A DNA stretch of 64,000 nucleotides from Clostridia bacterium (GCA_017504605.1 JAFVQW010000030.1:26956-90955), one strand, 5' to 3'; positions 36,404 through 47,191 are shown, counted from the first letter of the stretch. Numbers and translations: made by a program. Notes: generated by a model from the sequence alone, not told the origin.

Positions 36404-37297
36404 CTACAAAACCTCTATCTCTTCCTCGGGCATAAACCCGAATTTTTCAAAAACCCGAACCTTAATAAAATCCCGAAGCGCGATTACGTCGGATGCGGTA
36501 GCGCCGCCGACGTTAACTATGAAGCCCGCGTGCTTACGCGAGACCTCGGCACCGCCTATGCGGTATCCCGAAAGACCCGCACGCTCGATATAGTACCCCA
36601 TACCGACGCCGTCGTGTTTTTTGAACACACTGCCGAGCGACGGTAGGTTCGTCGGCTGTGCCGCCCGTCTTATATCGGCAAACCTCTTAATTCGCGAGGC
36701 AATATTTGAAAAGCTGTCGGGAAAGCACCGAAGCGTTACCGAGAGACAAACGAGCCCGAGGCTCCGCGCATACGAGGTGCGGTAGGCGAAGTCCATCTCG
36801 TCCCGAGAAAGAGTAATTCTCTCTCCGCTTGGATTTAAGAATTCGCCCGAGATAAAGAGCCCCGACGTCTCCTTTCCGTGTGCGCCCGCGTTGCCGAGCA
36901 CCATGGCACCGATGCTGCCGGGTATCATAAACAGCTCCTCGAAAAGCGAGATGCCAATGAGCGAAAGGCGCGCGGCAAGTCGTTTGTATAGCGCTCCCGC
37001 CTCCACAGTAACAGTATTTTCTGCCACGAAATATTTATTAAGTTTATCTGTTTTTATTAGAATACCGCTATATTCGCAGTCGCGAAAAAGCGTGTTTGTC
37101 ATATTGCCGATTACTCGGTACGGCGCACCCAAATCATTCAAAAACGATATAAGTGCCGCCGTCGTATTTATACTGCTCGGGAAGACTACGAGCCTCGCTC
37201 TGCCGCCGCATCCTATTGATGAGTATTCGGCAAGGCTTAAGCTTTCCCTATATTCAACATCCCACCTCTTTAAAAAATCAAGAATTGCGGAATGCAT
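36404..37297 (-). CDS. murB: UDP-N-acetylenolpyruvoylglucosamine reductase
   Basis: FAD-binding N-domain (IGCGGRA) and a C-terminal MurB domain (GGAEVSRKHAGFIVN). Confidence 0.9.
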   Translation of the reverse strand: MHSAILDFLKRWDVEYRESLSLAEYSSIGCGGRARLVVFPSSINTTAALISFLNDLGAPYRVIGNMTNTLFRDCEYSGILIKTDKLNKYFVAENTVTVEAGALYKRLAARLSLIGISLFEELFMIPGSIGAMVLGNAGAHGKETSGLFISGEFLNPSGERITLSRDEMDFAYRTSYARSLGLVCLSVTLRCFPDSFSNIASRIKRFADIRRAAQPTNLPSLGSVFKKHDGVGMGYYIERAGLSGYRIGGAEVSRKHAGFIVNVGGATASDVIALRDFIKVRVFEKFGFMPEEEIEVL

Positions 37298-37320
37298 AAT
37301 ACCTCGTTTAAAATTAGTAT

Positions 37321-39012
37321 TTAATCCTGCTCGGCGAGCATATCCCTCGCGGCCTCTCTTTGCGCCTCGGTGACGTTAATTCCGCCGAGAATACGCGAGA
37401 GCTCGGCTACTCGTCCGTTGTAATCGAGAAGAGCTATTCCTGCCTCGGTCTTGCCGTTCACGTCGGACTTCCTTATAAGGTAGTGCGTATCGGCGAGAGA
37501 GGCAATCTGCGCACTGTGCGTAACGCAGAAGAGCTGCGTGGTTTTCGATAGCTCGCGGAGCTTTATGCCGATTTTGCGCGCGGTTTTGCCCGAAACACCT
37601 GCATCAATTTCGTCAAAGATGACGGTCATAACGCCGTCCTTATCGCATATTACGCTCTTAAGAGCGAGCATTATGCGGGCAAGCTCACCGCCCGAGGCAA
37701 CCCTGGCGATAGACTGCGCCTCGGCGCCCCTGTTTGCGCTGATATAAAATTCTATATCGTCAAAGCCCTTTTCGTCAAGCGCGTGCCGTCCGTCCTCGTC
37801 TCTTTCCTCAACCGAAACGAAGAACACAACCTTCGGCATATCGAGAAATTCAAGGGTGTCCTTAATTTTTACCTCGAGCTCGGCCGCATATCTCTTACGC
37901 TCCGCGTGCAGCCTCTCGGCAAGCTCTTCTGCCCTCTTATATGCCACTTCTTCCTTTTTCGCAAGCGAGCGTAAAAGCGCATCACTGTTTTCAAGCGTGT
38001 CAAGCTCGGCGCGTGCCTTCTCGAGAAAGGCGATAACCTCCTCCTCGGTCGGCCCGTACTTTCTCTTAAGGCGCGCAATTTTTTCAAGGCGCGACTCAAC
38101 CTTGTTTAAGGCCTCCTCGGGATCTCCCTCGCTGTCCTCAATTACGGCGTAGACCTCCTCGGCTATGTCCTCTATCTGGTAAAATGCATCGCGAAGCCTC
38201 TCGGAATATTCCGTGTATGCGGGTAGGACGTCCGAGACCTGTGAGAGCGCGGTAATGCTCCTATCAATAAGATAGGCCGCGCTTCCCTTCTCACTGCCGC
38301 GAAGAGCCTTGTAAACAAGCTCCGAGTTTTTCGTAATTTTCTCCGTGGCACGAAGCTTACGCTTCTTTTCGAGAAGCTCATCCTCCTCGCCTATGCGGGG
38401 GCCTGTTTTTTCTATATCCTTAATTTGAAACTCGAGGATTTCGCGCAGGCGCTCGCTCTCTCTGGCACGAGCCGTAATATCCTTGATTTCCCTTTGTATT
38501 TTATCGTATTCGGCAAAGGCAAGCGAATATTCCGCGAGAAGCGTATTGAGCGATGCGTAGGTATCGAGAATTACACCGTGCATCGCGGGGTCGGTCAAGG
38601 ACGTGGTATCACTCTGCCCGTGAACGCTGAGAAGAATCGGAGAAATCGCCTTTAGAAGTGATAAATTCACCATTCTTCCGTTTATGCGCACCTGGGAGCG
38701 ACCGTCCGTGCCAACGCTCCTCTGTATATAAAGCCTTCCGTCCTCGTCGGGTTCTGTACCGAGCGAGGCAATACGGGAAAGCTCACTCTCGGAGAAATCG
38801 CCGAAAAGGCCGCTGACCGTAAGGGCGCTCTCGCCGCTCCTTATAAGCTCGCGCTCCGCCCTTGCACCGAGGAGAATATTAATACTGTCAATCAGCACCG
38901 ACTTGCCCGCGCCCGTCTCACCAGTAAGCGCGGTGAAGCCCTCTGAAAAATCAACGTTAAGCTCTTTTATAACCGCTACGTTTTCTATATGAAGCGAAAG
39001 AAGCATACGCAT
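37321..39012 (-). CDS. recN: DNA repair protein RecN
   Basis: SMC-like N-terminus LTGETGAGKSVLIDSI, coiled coils, C-terminal signature SGGELARIMLAL. Confidence 0.95.
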   Translation of the reverse strand: MRMLLSLHIENVAVIKELNVDFSEGFTALTGETGAGKSVLIDSINILLGARAERELIRSGESALTVSGLFGDFSESELSRIASLGTEPDEDGRLYIQRSVGTDGRSQVRINGRMVNLSLLKAISPILLSVHGQSDTTSLTDPAMHGVILDTYASLNTLLAEYSLAFAEYDKIQREIKDITARARESERLREILEFQIKDIEKTGPRIGEEDELLEKKRKLRATEKITKNSELVYKALRGSEKGSAAYLIDRSITALSQVSDVLPAYTEYSERLRDAFYQIEDIAEEVYAVIEDSEGDPEEALNKVESRLEKIARLKRKYGPTEEEVIAFLEKARAELDTLENSDALLRSLAKKEEVAYKRAEELAERLHAERKRYAAELEVKIKDTLEFLDMPKVVFFVSVEERDEDGRHALDEKGFDDIEFYISANRGAEAQSIARVASGGELARIMLALKSVICDKDGVMTVIFDEIDAGVSGKTARKIGIKLRELSKTTQLFCVTHSAQIASLADTHYLIRKSDVNGKTEAGIALLDYNGRVAELSRILGGINVTEAQREAARDMLAEQD

Positions 39013-39027
39013 CCTCCATAGGTGTTT

Positions 39028-39483
39028 TTATTTTACCTCGAATATTCCGACAAGCTCGTTCTCAACCTCTTTTGCCCGCAGAGCGTCGCCGACGACAAGA
39101 AGTATGGTATCGTCTCCCGCAACCGAGCCGATAATGCCCGAAATATTGAGACTGTCAAGACATACCGCAATAGCGTTGGCCATTCCCGAGTGCGTTCTTA
39201 TAACCACTATATTCTGTGCCGCCGTTACGCGTACTACCGCATCGGTAAGAGCCGAGTTGTGCGCGGGAGCCGATGCCGCCGCCGTGCCCGCGGGAGCAAC
39301 GTACTTATACGTGCCTCTGCCCGTAGGCCCCTTAACAAGCTTAAGCTGACGGATATCGCGGGAAACCGTCGTCTGCGTTGCATCTATGCCGCACTCGGCG
39401 AGCTTCTGAATAAGCGCCTCCTGGGTAGCTATCTCGTGCTCCTCTATAATTTGGAGTATTCTCTTTTGTCTTTCGTTTTTCAT
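39028..39483 (-). CDS. argR: Arginine repressor
   Basis: RQKRILQIIEEHEIATQEALIQKL wHTH and a C-terminal oligomerisation domain, 151 aa. Confidence 0.9.
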   Translation of the reverse strand: MKNERQKRILQIIEEHEIATQEALIQKLAECGIDATQTTVSRDIRQLKLVKGPTGRGTYKYVAPAGTAAASAPAHNSALTDAVVRVTAAQNIVVIRTHSGMANAIAVCLDSLNISGIIGSVAGDDTILLVVGDALRAKEVENELVGIFEVK

Positions 39484-40322
39484 TATCTGATGTCCTCCAG
39501 AATTCGCATTTTTTTAAAAAAGCTCGAAAACATACTGTTTTCCGTAAACGTAAGCATTTTTATTCTCTTCTCGGCTCTTGAAATCTCGCAGCTCTCGCCG
39601 CCCGCGAGCTTATGCGAAAATCTTCCGTCAACGCTGACGTTTATTTCCTCGTCTCCGAGATTGGTAACTCTTATTTTATTATCCGCGCCGAAAAGCACCG
39701 AACGGTTGAAAAGAGAGTGCGGAGCAACGGGGCTCAAAACTATTGTGTCAACGTCGTGCGATACTATCGGACCGCCCGCCGAGAGCGAATATGCGGTAGA
39801 GCCCTGGGGCGTAGAGAAAACTACGGCATCTGCTCGGTAGTGGAGCGCATCACCCGCCACTGCCTCAACGCGAAAATCACCGATACCGAGATAACTCTCG
39901 TGCGATATTACTATATCGTTCACCGCGAGCCTGCCCTCCGAGCCGCTAACGGTAAGAAGCATCTTTTCCTCTACCGTATACTCGCCGCTGGCAAGCCTCG
40001 AGAGCACAGAGATATTATCGGGGTCAACCTCACTTAAATATCCTACCTTGCCAAGGTTAACGCCGATAATCGGAATATCGCGGGAGATAGCAACGAAAGA
40101 GGCATCTATCATCGAGCCGTCACCGCCGACGACTATCACGAGCTCAACGTCGTTTGGGAGCTCCGTGAGCCTACCGACAGGTATAGCCGAGGGTATCCCC
40201 GCGCACACCTCTCTCTCCGCATACACGATAATTCCGAGCGAGGCGAGAAGCTCCGAGACGGAGCGCGAGACCGCAAGGCCCCTGTCTCTGCTTGTATTAG
40301 GTATTAAAGCAACCTTTTTCAT
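39483..40322 (-). CDS. nadK: NAD kinase
   Basis: VVGGDGSMI GGDG motif, 279 aa. Confidence 0.9.
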   Translation of the reverse strand: MKKVALIPNTSRDRGLAVSRSVSELLASLGIIVYAEREVCAGIPSAIPVGRLTELPNDVELVIVVGGDGSMIDASFVAISRDIPIIGVNLGKVGYLSEVDPDNISVLSRLASGEYTVEEKMLLTVSGSEGRLAVNDIVISHESYLGIGDFRVEAVAGDALHYRADAVVFSTPQGSTAYSLSAGGPIVSHDVDTIVLSPVAPHSLFNRSVLFGADNKIRVTNLGDEEINVSVDGRFSHKLAGGESCEISRAEKRIKMLTFTENSMFSSFFKKMRILEDIR

Positions 40323-40336
40323 AAGAAATTAAAATC

Positions 40337-41062
40337 CTACTCCTTTACAAAATGAGCGAGAAATTCAACGTTGCCGTCGCCGCCCCGTATGGGCGACTTG
40401 ATAAGTCCGTCACGGCGAAGCCCGTATTCCTCAGCACAGGCGGTAACCCGCTCGACGGCATATAGCCTCGCCTTCTCGTCCTTAACTATACCGCCCTTGC
40501 CTACCGCATCGCGCCCGACCTCAAACTGAGGCTTTATAAGACATATAAAATCAGCCCCCGAGCTAAGCACACGGGATAGCGTCGGGATTATGTAGGTTGC
40601 CGAGATGAAGGACACGTCCATTACCGCAAGGCTCGGCGAATATTCAAAATCCGATGGAGACATATATCTTGCATTGTAGCCCTCGATTACGGTAACGCGG
40701 CCGTCGCGGCGAAGAGCATCCGCCATCTGTCCGCTACCCGCATCAAGCGCGATAACGTGCTTCGCCCCCGACTGCAAGAGGCAATCGGTGAAGCCGCCCG
40801 AGGAGGCGCCGACGTCAAGGCAAAGCCGTCCTTCGGCCGATACGCCGAAGGCAGAGAGTGCGCCCTCAAGCTTTATCCCGCCGCGGCTGACGTAGCGCCT
40901 ACCGCTTCTGTCAACGGTAACGTCCTCACCGCCGTCAACGTCAAAGGAGGGCTTAAGCACCTTCTTACCGTCAACGGTAACCGCGCCCGAGGCAATCAGC
41001 CCCTTCGCCTCGGTTCTGCTCGCGGCAAGCCCCGCTTCAAAGAGATAGACGTCAATTCTCAT
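40337..41062 (-). CDS. tlyA: TlyA-family rRNA 2'-O-methyltransferase (S4 plus FtsJ domains)
   Basis: MRIDVYL..SRTEAKGLI S4 domain and an SAM motif LDVGASSGGFTD. Confidence 0.85.
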   Translation of the reverse strand: MRIDVYLFEAGLAASRTEAKGLIASGAVTVDGKKVLKPSFDVDGGEDVTVDRSGRRYVSRGGIKLEGALSAFGVSAEGRLCLDVGASSGGFTDCLLQSGAKHVIALDAGSGQMADALRRDGRVTVIEGYNARYMSPSDFEYSPSLAVMDVSFISATYIIPTLSRVLSSGADFICLIKPQFEVGRDAVGKGGIVKDEKARLYAVERVTACAEEYGLRRDGLIKSPIRGGDGNVEFLAHFVKE

Positions 41063-41291
41063 CTTTCAGCGCATCAAAGGGCGCGTCGGTAAGAGAGCCG
41101 TCGGGGCCCTCGGTCAGAATTCTGACCCTTCCCTCAGCGTTCTTTATTCTTTCGTTACATACCGAGATAAGGCCGACAGCCTCCTCAAATACTGTAATGC
41201 TTTCGTCGAGCGAGAGAGCACCGCTCTCAAGCCGTCTTATACATTCGTCAAGGCGCGTCATAGCGTCCTCGAAGCTAATTTTTTTATCCAT
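41052..41291 (-). CDS. xseB: Exodeoxyribonuclease VII small subunit
   Basis: 79 aa with FEDAMTRLDECIRRLESGALSLDES. Directly follows xseA. Confidence 0.9.
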   Translation of the reverse strand: MDKKISFEDAMTRLDECIRRLESGALSLDESITVFEEAVGLISVCNERIKNAEGRVRILTEGPDGSLTDAPFDALKDEN

Positions 41292-42514
41292 TATTGCTTC
41301 CTTTCAACAGTGGCATCGATTTTTCCGTCAGAGAGGCGAACCGTAATTCTGTCACCGAGCGACAGGTCGTCAGCCCGCCGAACGAGCCCACGCTCGTTTT
41401 CGACCACGGCATAACCGCGCGAGAGAACCGCAAGAGGGCTAAGCGCCTCGAGCCGTCCCGCTACGGCGGCAAGAGAATTTTTTCTGCCGTTCATTTTCTC
41501 ACCAAAAGCGCGAAGGAGCGCCTCTTTTTTCTCTTTTAGCTCTCCCGTCCTCTGCGAGAGCAGAAGCTCGGGTGTCTTACCCATAACCCTCGCGCGAGCA
41601 TCAAGCAGGCGGGAGCGAGAGCGCTCCACCCTTCCGACAAGCGCCGAGCGACATCTGTCGAACGTGCCGTCAAGGCGGATAGAAAGCTCGCGATAATCGG
41701 GCACGGCGAGCTCGGCCGCCGCAGAGGGCGTGGGAGCGCGCAAATCCGCAACAAAGTCGCAGATAGTGAAATCGGTCTCGTGTCCGACAGCACTGATAAT
41801 TGGAATATCCGAGGCAAATATACGGCGGGCAAGCCTCTCGCCGTTAAAGGCCCAAAGGTCCTCAATAGAGCCGCCGCCCCTACCGATTATGATAACGTCG
41901 GCAAGCCCCGATGAGGTGAGGGTGTCAAGCGCCGCGATAAGGCTGTCCTCGGCCGATGCGCCCTGCACGAGTGCGGGCATAAGATATATGTCAGCAAGCG
42001 GATATCGCCTACCTATCACGTTGATTATATCGCGTACGGCCGCGCCCGTCGGTGAGGTGATAACTCCTACGCACGAGGGGTATTTCGGCAAGGGGCGCTT
42101 GTATATTTCGTCAAACAGCCCTTCCTTTGAAAGCTTCTCCTTAAGCTGCTCGTATGCAAGATATAGAGCACCGATACCGTCGGGCTGAATACTGCTCGCA
42201 TAGAGCTGATAGGTGCCGTCGCGGGTATATACAGACACGGTGCCGAAGACCGTGACCTTCATACCGTTCTCGGGCATAAAGCGCAAGGAGGAGGCGGCCG
42301 AGCGGAACATAACCGCGCGTATCTGCCCCTCACTGTCCTTTAAGGAAAAGTAAAAGTGCCCGCTTCGGTGATGAACGAAATTCGATATCTCACCCCTGAC
42401 GGTTGCCGCACCGAGAAATCGGTCGGAATCAAGCATTCTCTTTATATACGCATTAAGCTCGGAAACCGTGAGAGCACCGTTTACCGGACGCTCGCGGAGC
42501 GAGGATATATCCAC
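41291..42514 (-). CDS. xseA: Exodeoxyribonuclease VII large subunit
   Basis: OB-fold N-terminus (VRGEISNF..HRSGHFYFSLKD) and catalytic region GRGGGSIEDLWAFN. Confidence 0.93.
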   Translation of the reverse strand: MDISSLRERPVNGALTVSELNAYIKRMLDSDRFLGAATVRGEISNFVHHRSGHFYFSLKDSEGQIRAVMFRSAASSLRFMPENGMKVTVFGTVSVYTRDGTYQLYASSIQPDGIGALYLAYEQLKEKLSKEGLFDEIYKRPLPKYPSCVGVITSPTGAAVRDIINVIGRRYPLADIYLMPALVQGASAEDSLIAALDTLTSSGLADVIIIGRGGGSIEDLWAFNGERLARRIFASDIPIISAVGHETDFTICDFVADLRAPTPSAAAELAVPDYRELSIRLDGTFDRCRSALVGRVERSRSRLLDARARVMGKTPELLLSQRTGELKEKKEALLRAFGEKMNGRKNSLAAVAGRLEALSPLAVLSRGYAVVENERGLVRRADDLSLGDRITVRLSDGKIDATVERKQ

Positions 42515-42536
42515 CGCGGGACACCTCCCTTCTAAA

Positions 42537-43487
42537 TCATTCTTTTATATATTCCCGTCTTGCAAGCTCGGCGATACCCACCGCGTTATCGGCGGACATA
42601 GCAGGCTCTGCAAAATAGGCGGTAAAGCGCCGTGAGAGCTCCTTCTTTATTATTGAGTTCGACATAACGCCGCCCGCAAATACTATCGGCATATCACCGT
42701 TTTCGCTAATGTATGCCTCACACGCGGCGCATATTGCCTCGCTCACACGGCAAAGCGTGTAATCCGCAATATATTCGGGCCTCTCGCCCTTATCGATAAG
42801 AAGCGATATTTTGTTTTCAAGCCCCGAGAGATTAAAGTAGCAGCCCTTAAGCGCGGGCCTTTCTGCACGTCTTTTCCCACTGTAGGAGAGAGCGAGTGCC
42901 TCGAGTGCCGCACCCGCGGGAAAATCAAGCCCAAGCCTGACACCCGTACGGTCGATAAGCTGGCCCGCGTTTATATCAAGCGTGCCGCCGACAATCTCGG
43001 TTACAAACCCGCTCTCCGCCCCCTTTACGGTAAGCAGCTCGGTGGTGCCGCCCGAGATATGAAAGGCAAGGTGCTCCCTGCCGATAAGCTCCTCGGCGTG
43101 CGAGGAATATATCGCCGCCATAATATGCCCACACTGGTGAGAGAAGCGGTAGAGCGGTATGCCGAGCGCGGCGGATATGCTCTGTGCCGCGGCAACGCCC
43201 GAGAGAAAGCAAGGCATATACGAGCCGTCCTTATTCCTCGGGCGGGAGCTGACACCCACCGCCGCGGGGACCTCCCCACCGAGGCAAAGACGTACCTCAT
43301 CCATAAGGCTCGGAATATTCTTGATATGAGAAAAAACGGCATCCGACTGACGAAGGCCGCGCTCCCCGCTCTTCACGGTAAGCGGCCGCTTCAAGTTGGC
43401 AATCAGCTCGCCGTCGGTATACATAAGAGCAACCGAGGTTGTGTAGTTGCTCGTATCTATACCCATTATGATTTTGCGACCCATCAT
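42537..43487 (-). CDS. Kae1/TsaD/TsaB-superfamily (ASKHA, glycoprotease-like) protein of uncertain subfamily
   Basis: GIDTSNYTTSVAL N-terminus (TsaB-like) but 316 aa with an HxxxH motif (HQCGH, TsaD-like). Confidence 0.6.
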   Translation of the reverse strand: MMGRKIIMGIDTSNYTTSVALMYTDGELIANLKRPLTVKSGERGLRQSDAVFSHIKNIPSLMDEVRLCLGGEVPAAVGVSSRPRNKDGSYMPCFLSGVAAAQSISAALGIPLYRFSHQCGHIMAAIYSSHAEELIGREHLAFHISGGTTELLTVKGAESGFVTEIVGGTLDINAGQLIDRTGVRLGLDFPAGAALEALALSYSGKRRAERPALKGCYFNLSGLENKISLLIDKGERPEYIADYTLCRVSEAICAACEAYISENGDMPIVFAGGVMSNSIIKKELSRRFTAYFAEPAMSADNAVGIAELARREYIKE

Positions 43488-43888
43488 TTTCTGCCGAGCG
43501 CCTCTGCAACGGCATTGAGAACTCCGTTAACAAAGCCGAAGGTCTTCTCGTCGTCGTACTTCTTCGAAAGCTCTATTGCCTCGTTTATGGATACCCTCGC
43601 GGGGATATCCTCCTTAAACATCAGCTCGTAGGTCGCGAGATTGAGAATCGCACGCGATACGTAGGAAACCCTGTTCTTCTTCCAGCCGACAAGCGCACGC
43701 TCCACAGTCTCGTCGATAATCTTGGCATTCTCGGCGCAGCCGAAAAAGACCTCGCGTACGTAGTCGTCACATTCGAGGGCGCGTATCTCGGTCGCCTTGG
43801 CGTATATTTCCTCGGCGGTCTCGTCGGTCTTTATCGACCTCTCGAACAAAAGTATAAATGCATTTTCTCTGGCAGTCTTTCTCGTCAT
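43484..43888 (-). CDS. nusB: Transcription antitermination factor NusB
   Basis: 134 aa with RENAFILLF..., AILNLATYEL and INEAIELSKKY. Confidence 0.92.
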   Translation of the reverse strand: MTRKTARENAFILLFERSIKTDETAEEIYAKATEIRALECDDYVREVFFGCAENAKIIDETVERALVGWKKNRVSYVSRAILNLATYELMFKEDIPARVSINEAIELSKKYDDEKTFGFVNGVLNAVAEALGRK

Positions 43889-44066
43889 ATTTAAAACCTC
43901 CCTGTAAGATATTTTTATATATTATACTATTATTTATAATATTTGTCAACCGCCCGAATGAATTTTTATGCATAAACATTTTTGCCCGAATTTATTTTTT
44001 GCTATTGAAATGCTCCGACAAATATGTTAAAATATTGGAAGTAACATAAATCAAGGATTTTAAATA

Positions 44067-44531
44067 ATGAAAAACATCGAAAAGATTTTACTTATCGGCT
44101 CGGGATATACCGTACTGATACTGACGGGCTTCTATATTTTTGCCCTTCTTGCCAAGCTTCCCTCGCTATCAATTTCCATTGATAAATTCTTTCTGATACT
44201 TCTTTTCGGAATGATTATCTCGGTCACCGAGGAGCTCACCTCGCGTATACGGCTTCGGGGATTTTACCGTCATATTATCCGCTACGCGGTGCTCCTTGCC
44301 GCGTTCGCCCTTATCGTTCTGCCCTCTGTTACACTGAACGTAAAGGATGCGACCTTTCTTTTCGTCGCCCTGATAATCTTCACCGCCCTCTACGCCGCGG
44401 CATCCGCTATCGTATTTGCCGTGCGGACGGGTGTGCGCTCGCTCGATAAGAAAATCGATGCCGAGAGCGGCAAGAAAAGCGCACGCGCCGACGAGAAGAA
44501 AAAGGAATACAAGCCTTTATATAAGGACTGA
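44067..44531 (+). CDS. Hypothetical 4-TM membrane protein with a basic C-terminal tail
   Basis: Hydrophobic segments and clean spacing to the next gene. No family recognised. Confidence 0.55.
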   Translation: MKNIEKILLIGSGYTVLILTGFYIFALLAKLPSLSISIDKFFLILLFGMIISVTEELTSRIRLRGFYRHIIRYAVLLAAFALIVLPSVTLNVKDATFLFVALIIFTALYAAASAIVFAVRTGVRSLDKKIDAESGKKSARADEKKKEYKPLYKD

Positions 44532-44534
44532 ATT

Positions 44535-44738
44535 ATGCAGCTTATCAGATTTTCCTCGGGTGCCGTTCTCGAGATGAAGAAGACACACCCCTGCGGCTCT
44601 CGGCTCTTTTCCGTGCTTCGCGGCGGGTCGGACGTAAGAATTAAATGCAACGGCTGCGGCAAGGATATGACCCTTCCGCGCGAAAAACTCGAAAAAATGA
44701 TAAAAAAGGTGGTCTCACAAGAGACCGCCGAAACCTGA
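44535..44738 (+). CDS. DUF951-family small protein
   Basis: EMKKTHPCGS...IKCNGCG...MTLPREKLEKMIKK matches the DUF951 pattern. Confidence 0.75.
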   Translation: MQLIRFSSGAVLEMKKTHPCGSRLFSVLRGGSDVRIKCNGCGKDMTLPREKLEKMIKKVVSQETAET

Positions 44739-44751
44739 AACGGAGACAGAT

Positions 44752-45369
44752 ATGTATTATTATGTAAAGGGTGAGCTTACAGAAAGAGACGTGAACACCT
44801 GTGTCGTCGAGTGCGGCGGCGTGGGTTACTCACTTACCGTAAGCATGATTACCTCCGAGGCGCTCGCATCAAGGCTCGGTCAGGTGGTCAAGCTCTATAC
44901 TCATCTCGCCGTCAGAGAAGACGGCGTTGAGCTCTTCGGCTTCGGCTCTGTGGCAGAGCGCGACACCTTCAATCTCCTTATCGGTGTCAGCGGCGTAGGT
45001 CCCAAGGCGGCTATAAACGTACTGTCCGTCCTGACGCCCGAGAGGCTCGCCATGGCAATATGCACAGATGATGCCAAATCGATTTCCAAGGCTCCGAACG
45101 TCGGTGCCAAAACTGCCGCGAGAATAATTCTCGAGCTTCGCGACAAGGTGGCTAAGGATATGCTCCCCTCCTCTCGCACGGCTACGCTCGGCTCGGTCGG
45201 TGCGGTGCAGCACACCGTCGTGCGCGGCGCTCTCGGCGAGGCGCTCGAGGCTCTTACTGTGCTCGGATACGACAGGGCTACCGCTATGGCGGCCTTGAAG
45301 GATGCCGACCCGAATTCGACCGACGTCGGTGCTCTCATTAAGACGGCGCTCAAGGCGCTCGCTAAGTAG
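44752..45369 (+). CDS. ruvA: Holliday junction helicase subunit RuvA
   Basis: MYYYVKGEL..., [12 protein letters not shown] HhH motifs, 205 aa. Confidence 0.93.
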   Translation: MYYYVKGELTERDVNTCVVECGGVGYSLTVSMITSEALASRLGQVVKLYTHLAVREDGVELFGFGSVAERDTFNLLIGVSGVGPKAAINVLSVLTPERLAMAICTDDAKSISKAPNVGAKTAARIILELRDKVAKDMLPSSRTATLGSVGAVQHTVVRGALGEALEALTVLGYDRATAMAALKDADPNSTDVGALIKTALKALAK

Positions 45370-45383
45370 AAAGGAGAGGACGT

Positions 45384-46463
45384 ATGATTAACGAGGTCAA
45401 CGACTTTGACTTTGAAAACAGAATAGTTACCAATGAATACTCCTCCTCGCAGGATGCCGAGATTGAAAACAGCCTTCGCCCGAAGACACTCGCCGACTAC
45501 GTCGGCCAGGAGAAGGCCAAGTCCAACCTCGAGGTATATATTGAGAGTGCTAAGGTGCGCCAGGAGCCCCTCGACCACGTCCTTCTCTACGGCCCTCCCG
45601 GTCTTGGAAAAACCACGCTCTCGGGTATCATTGCCGCAGAGCTCGGCGTTAACATAAGAACGACCTCGGGCCCCGCAATCGAGAAGCCCGGCGACCTCGC
45701 CGCAATTCTCACGAACCTCGCCGACGGCGACGTGCTCTTCATCGACGAGATACACAGGCTCTCGCGTGCGATTGAGGAAATTCTCTATCCCGCTATGGAG
45801 GATTACGTTATCGACATTATTCTCGGTAAGGGGCCGAGCGCAAGCTCCATAAGACTTCCCATACCGAAATTTACTCTCATCGGCGCGACAACCCGCGCCG
45901 GTCAGCTTACCACTCCCCTTCGCGACCGCTTCGGCGTGCTTCTCAAGCTCGAGCTCTACACCACCGAGGAGCTTGCTACGATAGTTAAGCGCTCCGCGGG
46001 TATACTCGACATTTCAATCACCGACGAGGGGGCCACGGCAATTGCCTCTCGCTCGCGCGGAACGCCGAGAATCGCAAACAGACTGCTTAAGCGCGTGCGC
46101 GACTTTGCACTCGTTAAGGGAGACGGAACAATCACCTCGGAGATTGCGGCGTTTGCCCTTAAATCTCTCGACATTGACGAGCTCGGTCTTGATGCAATAG
46201 ACAGAAGAATGCTTGAGGCAATAATCAAGTTCTACGGCGGCGGACCCGTCGGCCTCGATACCCTCGCCGCAACGATTGGCGAGGAGGCGATAACCATTGA
46301 GGACGTCTACGAGCCCTACCTTATGCAGATAGGCTTTCTCGCGAGAACACCGCGGGGCAGATGTGCCACACGCCTCGCCTACGACCACCTCGGAATTCCG
46401 TATTCCACACCCACGCAGACGAAGGGCGTGGCAGGTCAAGGCAGCATAGATTTTGATAATTAA
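45384..46463 (+). CDS. ruvB: Holliday junction helicase subunit RuvB
   Basis: [37 protein letters not shown]. Confidence 0.97.
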   Translation: MINEVNDFDFENRIVTNEYSSSQDAEIENSLRPKTLADYVGQEKAKSNLEVYIESAKVRQEPLDHVLLYGPPGLGKTTLSGIIAAELGVNIRTTSGPAIEKPGDLAAILTNLADGDVLFIDEIHRLSRAIEEILYPAMEDYVIDIILGKGPSASSIRLPIPKFTLIGATTRAGQLTTPLRDRFGVLLKLELYTTEELATIVKRSAGILDISITDEGATAIASRSRGTPRIANRLLKRVRDFALVKGDGTITSEIAAFALKSLDIDELGLDAIDRRMLEAIIKFYGGGPVGLDTLAATIGEEAITIEDVYEPYLMQIGFLARTPRGRCATRLAYDHLGIPYSTPTQTKGVAGQGSIDFDN

Positions 46464-46476
46464 GGGCTACTGAAAA

Positions 46477-46513
46477 ATCCACTCACAGGCAATCTCTGTG
46501 AGTGGATTTTTTA
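46477..46513. terminator. Bidirectional intrinsic terminator (ruvB / rpe)
   Basis: ATCCACTCACAG-N7-CTGTGAGTGGAT flanked by AAAA and TTTTTT. Confidence 0.85.
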
Positions 46514-46543
46514 TATTCTGCCGCGCTTTTTCGGCCTTTTCTT

Positions 46544-47191
46544 TCATTTTCCTCTTAATTTGTCGATTGCCTCGCGCATGTTCTCAGCCTTGAAAACAGC
46601 ACTGCCGGCAACGAGAACGTTCGCGCCCGCCTCGACTGCACTCGGGGCATTCTCGGCGTTAATTCCGCCGTCGACCTGAATGTCCAATTTGAGTCCTCGG
46701 CGGTCCGCCTCTTTCCTTATCGCCCTTACCTTATCGAGCATCTCGGGTATCATAGACTGCCCGCCGTAGCCCGGCTCGACCGTCATAACGAGAACCATAT
46801 CGCACCTATCAAGAAGCGGGAAAATCTCCTCTGCGGCAGTCTTCGGCTTAATGGAAATCGCCGCGCGGCGTCCCTTGGAACGAATCAAATCAAGAGTTGC
46901 GGCAGAGTCCTCGCACGCCTCGTAATGGAAGGTTAAAATATCAGCGCCCGCCGCAAGAAAGCGCTCTACGTAGCGCTCGGGACGGTCAATCATAAGATGA
47001 ACGTCAAGTACCGCATCGGTGTGCTTACGAAGGCACTCGATAACGGGCATACCGAAGGAGAGGTTGGTTACGAAGATGCCGTCCATTACGTCAAGATGCA
47101 TCATATCAGCGCCCGCGGCCGCGAGCCTTCCAACCTCATCGGCAAGACAGGAAAGGTCACCTGCAAGCACAGAAGGAGAAATTTTAATCAT
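46544..47191 (-). CDS. rpe: Ribulose-phosphate 3-epimerase
   Basis: ISPSVLAGD, HLDVMDG, VMTVEPGYGGQ. Confidence 0.95.
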   Translation of the reverse strand: MIKISPSVLAGDLSCLADEVGRLAAAGADMMHLDVMDGIFVTNLSFGMPVIECLRKHTDAVLDVHLMIDRPERYVERFLAAGADILTFHYEACEDSAATLDLIRSKGRRAAISIKPKTAAEEIFPLLDRCDMVLVMTVEPGYGGQSMIPEMLDKVRAIRKEADRRGLKLDIQVDGGINAENAPSAVEAGANVLVAGSAVFKAENMREAIDKLRGK

